Source of the DNA: a virus | Lineage: Duplodnaviria; Caudoviricetes | Strand: one strand, 5' to 3' | IMG/VR virus record: IMGVR_UViG_3300048610_000026 | Span: 1 to 59,273 of that record | DNA: 59,273 nucleotides | Shown: one piece after another, positions 57,514 to 59,273 of the stretch | How the letters are laid out: each line of letters starts with the position of its first letter | How positions within the stretch are numbered: the stretch's first letter is position 1 | The notes under the pieces: generated by a model | The model's input: the letters and a program-made list of their open reading frames with translations, nothing else | What the model was told of the DNA's origin: nothing | Database searches by the model: none | Translations under genes and position numbers: made by a program

Positions 57514-58026
57514 ATGAGTGGACAAAGCCCAGCATCTGAGCGCTGGCGTCCAGTGCCAGACTTCCCTGACTACGAAGTGTCAGACCAGGGGCGACTCCGC
57601 TCGCTTGACCGGATAGATCTATCCGGTCGACGTCGAAAGGGAACGTCGCTGCGGTTGTTCCCTCTCCCGCAATACCTGGGTGCGTGGCTGTTCCGTGACG
57701 GCCGTCGTACACGCTGCCAGATCCACCTTCTCGTGCTAGAGGTGTTCGTCGGTCCGCGCCCCTCGCCCAAGCACGTAGCCCGACACCTGGACGACGATAA
57801 GACCAACAACGCGCTGTCGAATCTGACATGGGGTACTCGCTCAGAGAACGCCCATGACAGCGTCCGCAACGACAAGCACCACCACTCACGCCGAACCCAC
57901 TGCCCAGAGGGGCACGCGTTCACCGACGAGAACACCCACCTTCTCCCTGGCGGTGGACGACGATGCCGCCTCTGCTGGCGCAAGTATCAGCGCGAGTGGA
58001 AGCAGCGGTCCCGCAACAAGAAATAG
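57514..58026 (+). CDS. NUMOD4-HNH homing endonuclease
   Basis: ERWRP....YEVSDQGRLRS; H.LVLE.FVGPRP; RHLDD...NN...NL.WGT.SEN; THCP.GH. Confidence 0.9.
   Translation: MSGQSPASERWRPVPDFPDYEVSDQGRLRSLDRIDLSGRRRKGTSLRLFPLPQYLGAWLFRDGRRTRCQIHLLVLEVFVGPRPSPKHVARHLDDDKTNNALSNLTWGTRSENAHDSVRNDKHHHSRRTHCPEGHAFTDENTHLLPGGGRRCRLCWRKYQREWKQRSRNKK
57607..57628. repeat. 22-bp palindrome centred on GGATAGATCTATCC, inside an HNH gene
   Basis: GACCGGATAGATCTATCCGGTC. Confidence 0.95.
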
Positions 58027-58043
58027 ATCTATCCCGGGCTACC

Positions 58044-58127
58044 AGCCCGGCGAGGCTCCCGAGGTACGGCGATGAGGCTACGACCGCTCACAGCGGCGTA
58101 TACGCGGTTCAAATCCGCCCTGGGCCA
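58044..58127 (+). ncRNA. degenerate tRNA-like element
   Basis: GCGG-TTCAAAT-CCGC T arm; GCCCGG/CTGGGC acceptor-like stem; irregular D and anticodon arms. Confidence 0.35.
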
Positions 58128-58164
58128 CCCAGACAAGCGACACCTACGAGAGGACACTCAGACC

Positions 58165-58503
58165 ATGTACATGAACGAGTACGACCTGGACTTCGCCGTC
58201 GAGCGGTTCAGCAACTGCGCACTGCGCCGCTACCGCGTGGCTTGCGTCGTCCGCGCGCTGGCCGACTGGACCGACCGCAACAGCGATGGCTGGGCGTACT
58301 GGCCCAAGCCCGCTCGCGCCGCACGCCGAGCCATGGAGCAGATCCAGTCCACGACCCACGCCGAGAACGTCCGGCAGGAGGAAGGCGACCTCACCGAGGA
58401 AGGCATGACCGCCGTGCTCCGCCCGATCAAGGCCTTCTGCACTAGGATGCAGAAAGAGGGCACTATGACCCCCGCCGAGCGTGACACCATCCTGCGTGGA
58501 TAG
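58165..58503 (+). CDS. hypothetical protein
   Basis: MN.YD...L..WT..NSDGW.YW.KP..AA motif; GAGAGGA RBS. Confidence 0.7.
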   Translation: MYMNEYDLDFAVERFSNCALRRYRVACVVRALADWTDRNSDGWAYWPKPARAARRAMEQIQSTTHAENVRQEEGDLTEEGMTAVLRPIKAFCTRMQKEGTMTPAERDTILRG

Positions 58504-58511
58504 ATCTATCC
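58498..58511. repeat. GGATAGATCTATCC copy supplying a stop codon
   Basis: Exact motif. Confidence 0.95.
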
Positions 58512-58576
58512 GCTAGTCTGACCGTACGAAGAAACCCCCGCGACCTTGCCGGGTCCGGGGGTGTGGTCACACTGGA

Positions 58577-59014
58577 ATGGAGTGCAACGTGGACGAGTCT
58601 AGTCTGTCCCGGTTCTGGGCAAAGGTCGACCCCGGGATCACCGGCTGTTGGCATTGGGCTGCAGCGAAAGACGACAAGGGGTACGGGAAGTTTTGGTACG
58701 CCGGAGCGCTCCGCATGGCACATCGCGTCTCGTACGAACACTTCGTCGGACCGATCCCCGAAGACCTCGAACTCGACCACGTACGTGATCGCTGCGGCCA
58801 CCGAGACTGCGTGAACCCAGAACACCTGGAACCTGTCACTCCTCTGGAGAACAAGCAGCGCATCCACAATGGTGATTCGACCCGATGCAAACACGGACAT
58901 GAGTTCACAGACGAAAACACAGCACCTCGCAAGACTGGCGGGGTGCGTCGTTGTCGAGCATGCGCCCGTAAGTACGCCGCTCAGCAGCGAGAGAACAAGC
59001 GACCGGGCGGATAG
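58577..59014 (+). CDS. HNH homing endonuclease
   Basis: RFW.KV....CW.W.....GYG.F.....AHR.SY....G.IP....DH....CVNPEHLEPVT..EN. Confidence 0.9.
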   Translation: MECNVDESSLSRFWAKVDPGITGCWHWAAAKDDKGYGKFWYAGALRMAHRVSYEHFVGPIPEDLELDHVRDRCGHRDCVNPEHLEPVTPLENKQRIHNGDSTRCKHGHEFTDENTAPRKTGGVRRCRACARKYAAQQRENKRPGG

Positions 59015-59022
59015 ATCTATCC
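59009..59022. repeat. GGATAGATCTATCC copy supplying the HNH stop codon
   Basis: Exact motif. Confidence 0.95.
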
Positions 59023-59273
59023 ACGAGAGGGACCAAGCATGAACCGCCAGATCAACGAGGGCCGCATGACCCCTGCCGAGCGCACCCACATCCTAGGAGA
59101 CATGGGAGTCCTGCGATGACCGAGACCAACTGCTACCAGTCCACCGCCAACCTGCGCTGGTATGCCCGCAAGCCGGGCCAGGAGTGGCGCGACTTCGGCC
59201 AGGGCGAGTGGGCCGAGCGCTGTGCCCGCTACTGGGCCGAGCCCCCTGCCCGAGTCCCGGGCCAGTGACCACC

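Noticed and set aside
58072-58164. N-terminal extension of the 58072 ORF
   Set aside because: It overlaps the tRNA-like element, and the RBS supports a start at 58165.
1-59273. Integrase, attP or immunity repressor
   Set aside because: No tyrosine or serine recombinase motifs were recognised, so the integron-like reading of the palindromes lacks a cognate recombinase.

Overview
The window is a high-GC actinobacteriophage (siphovirus-like) genome. It looks complete and circularly permuted, because the last bases (…TGACCACC) run naturally into the RBS at position 1. No integrase or clear immunity repressor is recognisable, so it is probably lytic. Layout: (i) a rightward early region (about 55.0 kb, through the window end, to about 16 kb) of small genes punctuated by a 14-bp palindrome GGATAGATCTATCC; (ii) a displaced leftward fibre/adaptor operon at 6.8-9.0 kb; (iii) a Ro60/TROVE gene preceded by five tandem Y RNA-like ncRNAs and an apparent terminator/antiterminator switch (12.2-14.7 kb), which is the most striking system here; (iv) a replication module (Prim-Pol, VRR-NUC, an SNF2 helicase whose Walker A motif is broken by an in-frame stop, DUF2800 exonuclease, DUF2815 SSB, family A polymerase); (v) glycosyl-, methyl- and sulfotransferase-like genes and candidate anti-defence sponge proteins; (vi) a leftward virion/lysis operon (32.7-52.7 kb) with hexamer/pentamer-type capsid genes; and (vii) a divergent terminase followed by a non-coding region. 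About seven HNH genes are present, several with recoded duplicates of neighbouring gene ends. All family calls come from motif recognition by eye, not from database searches.
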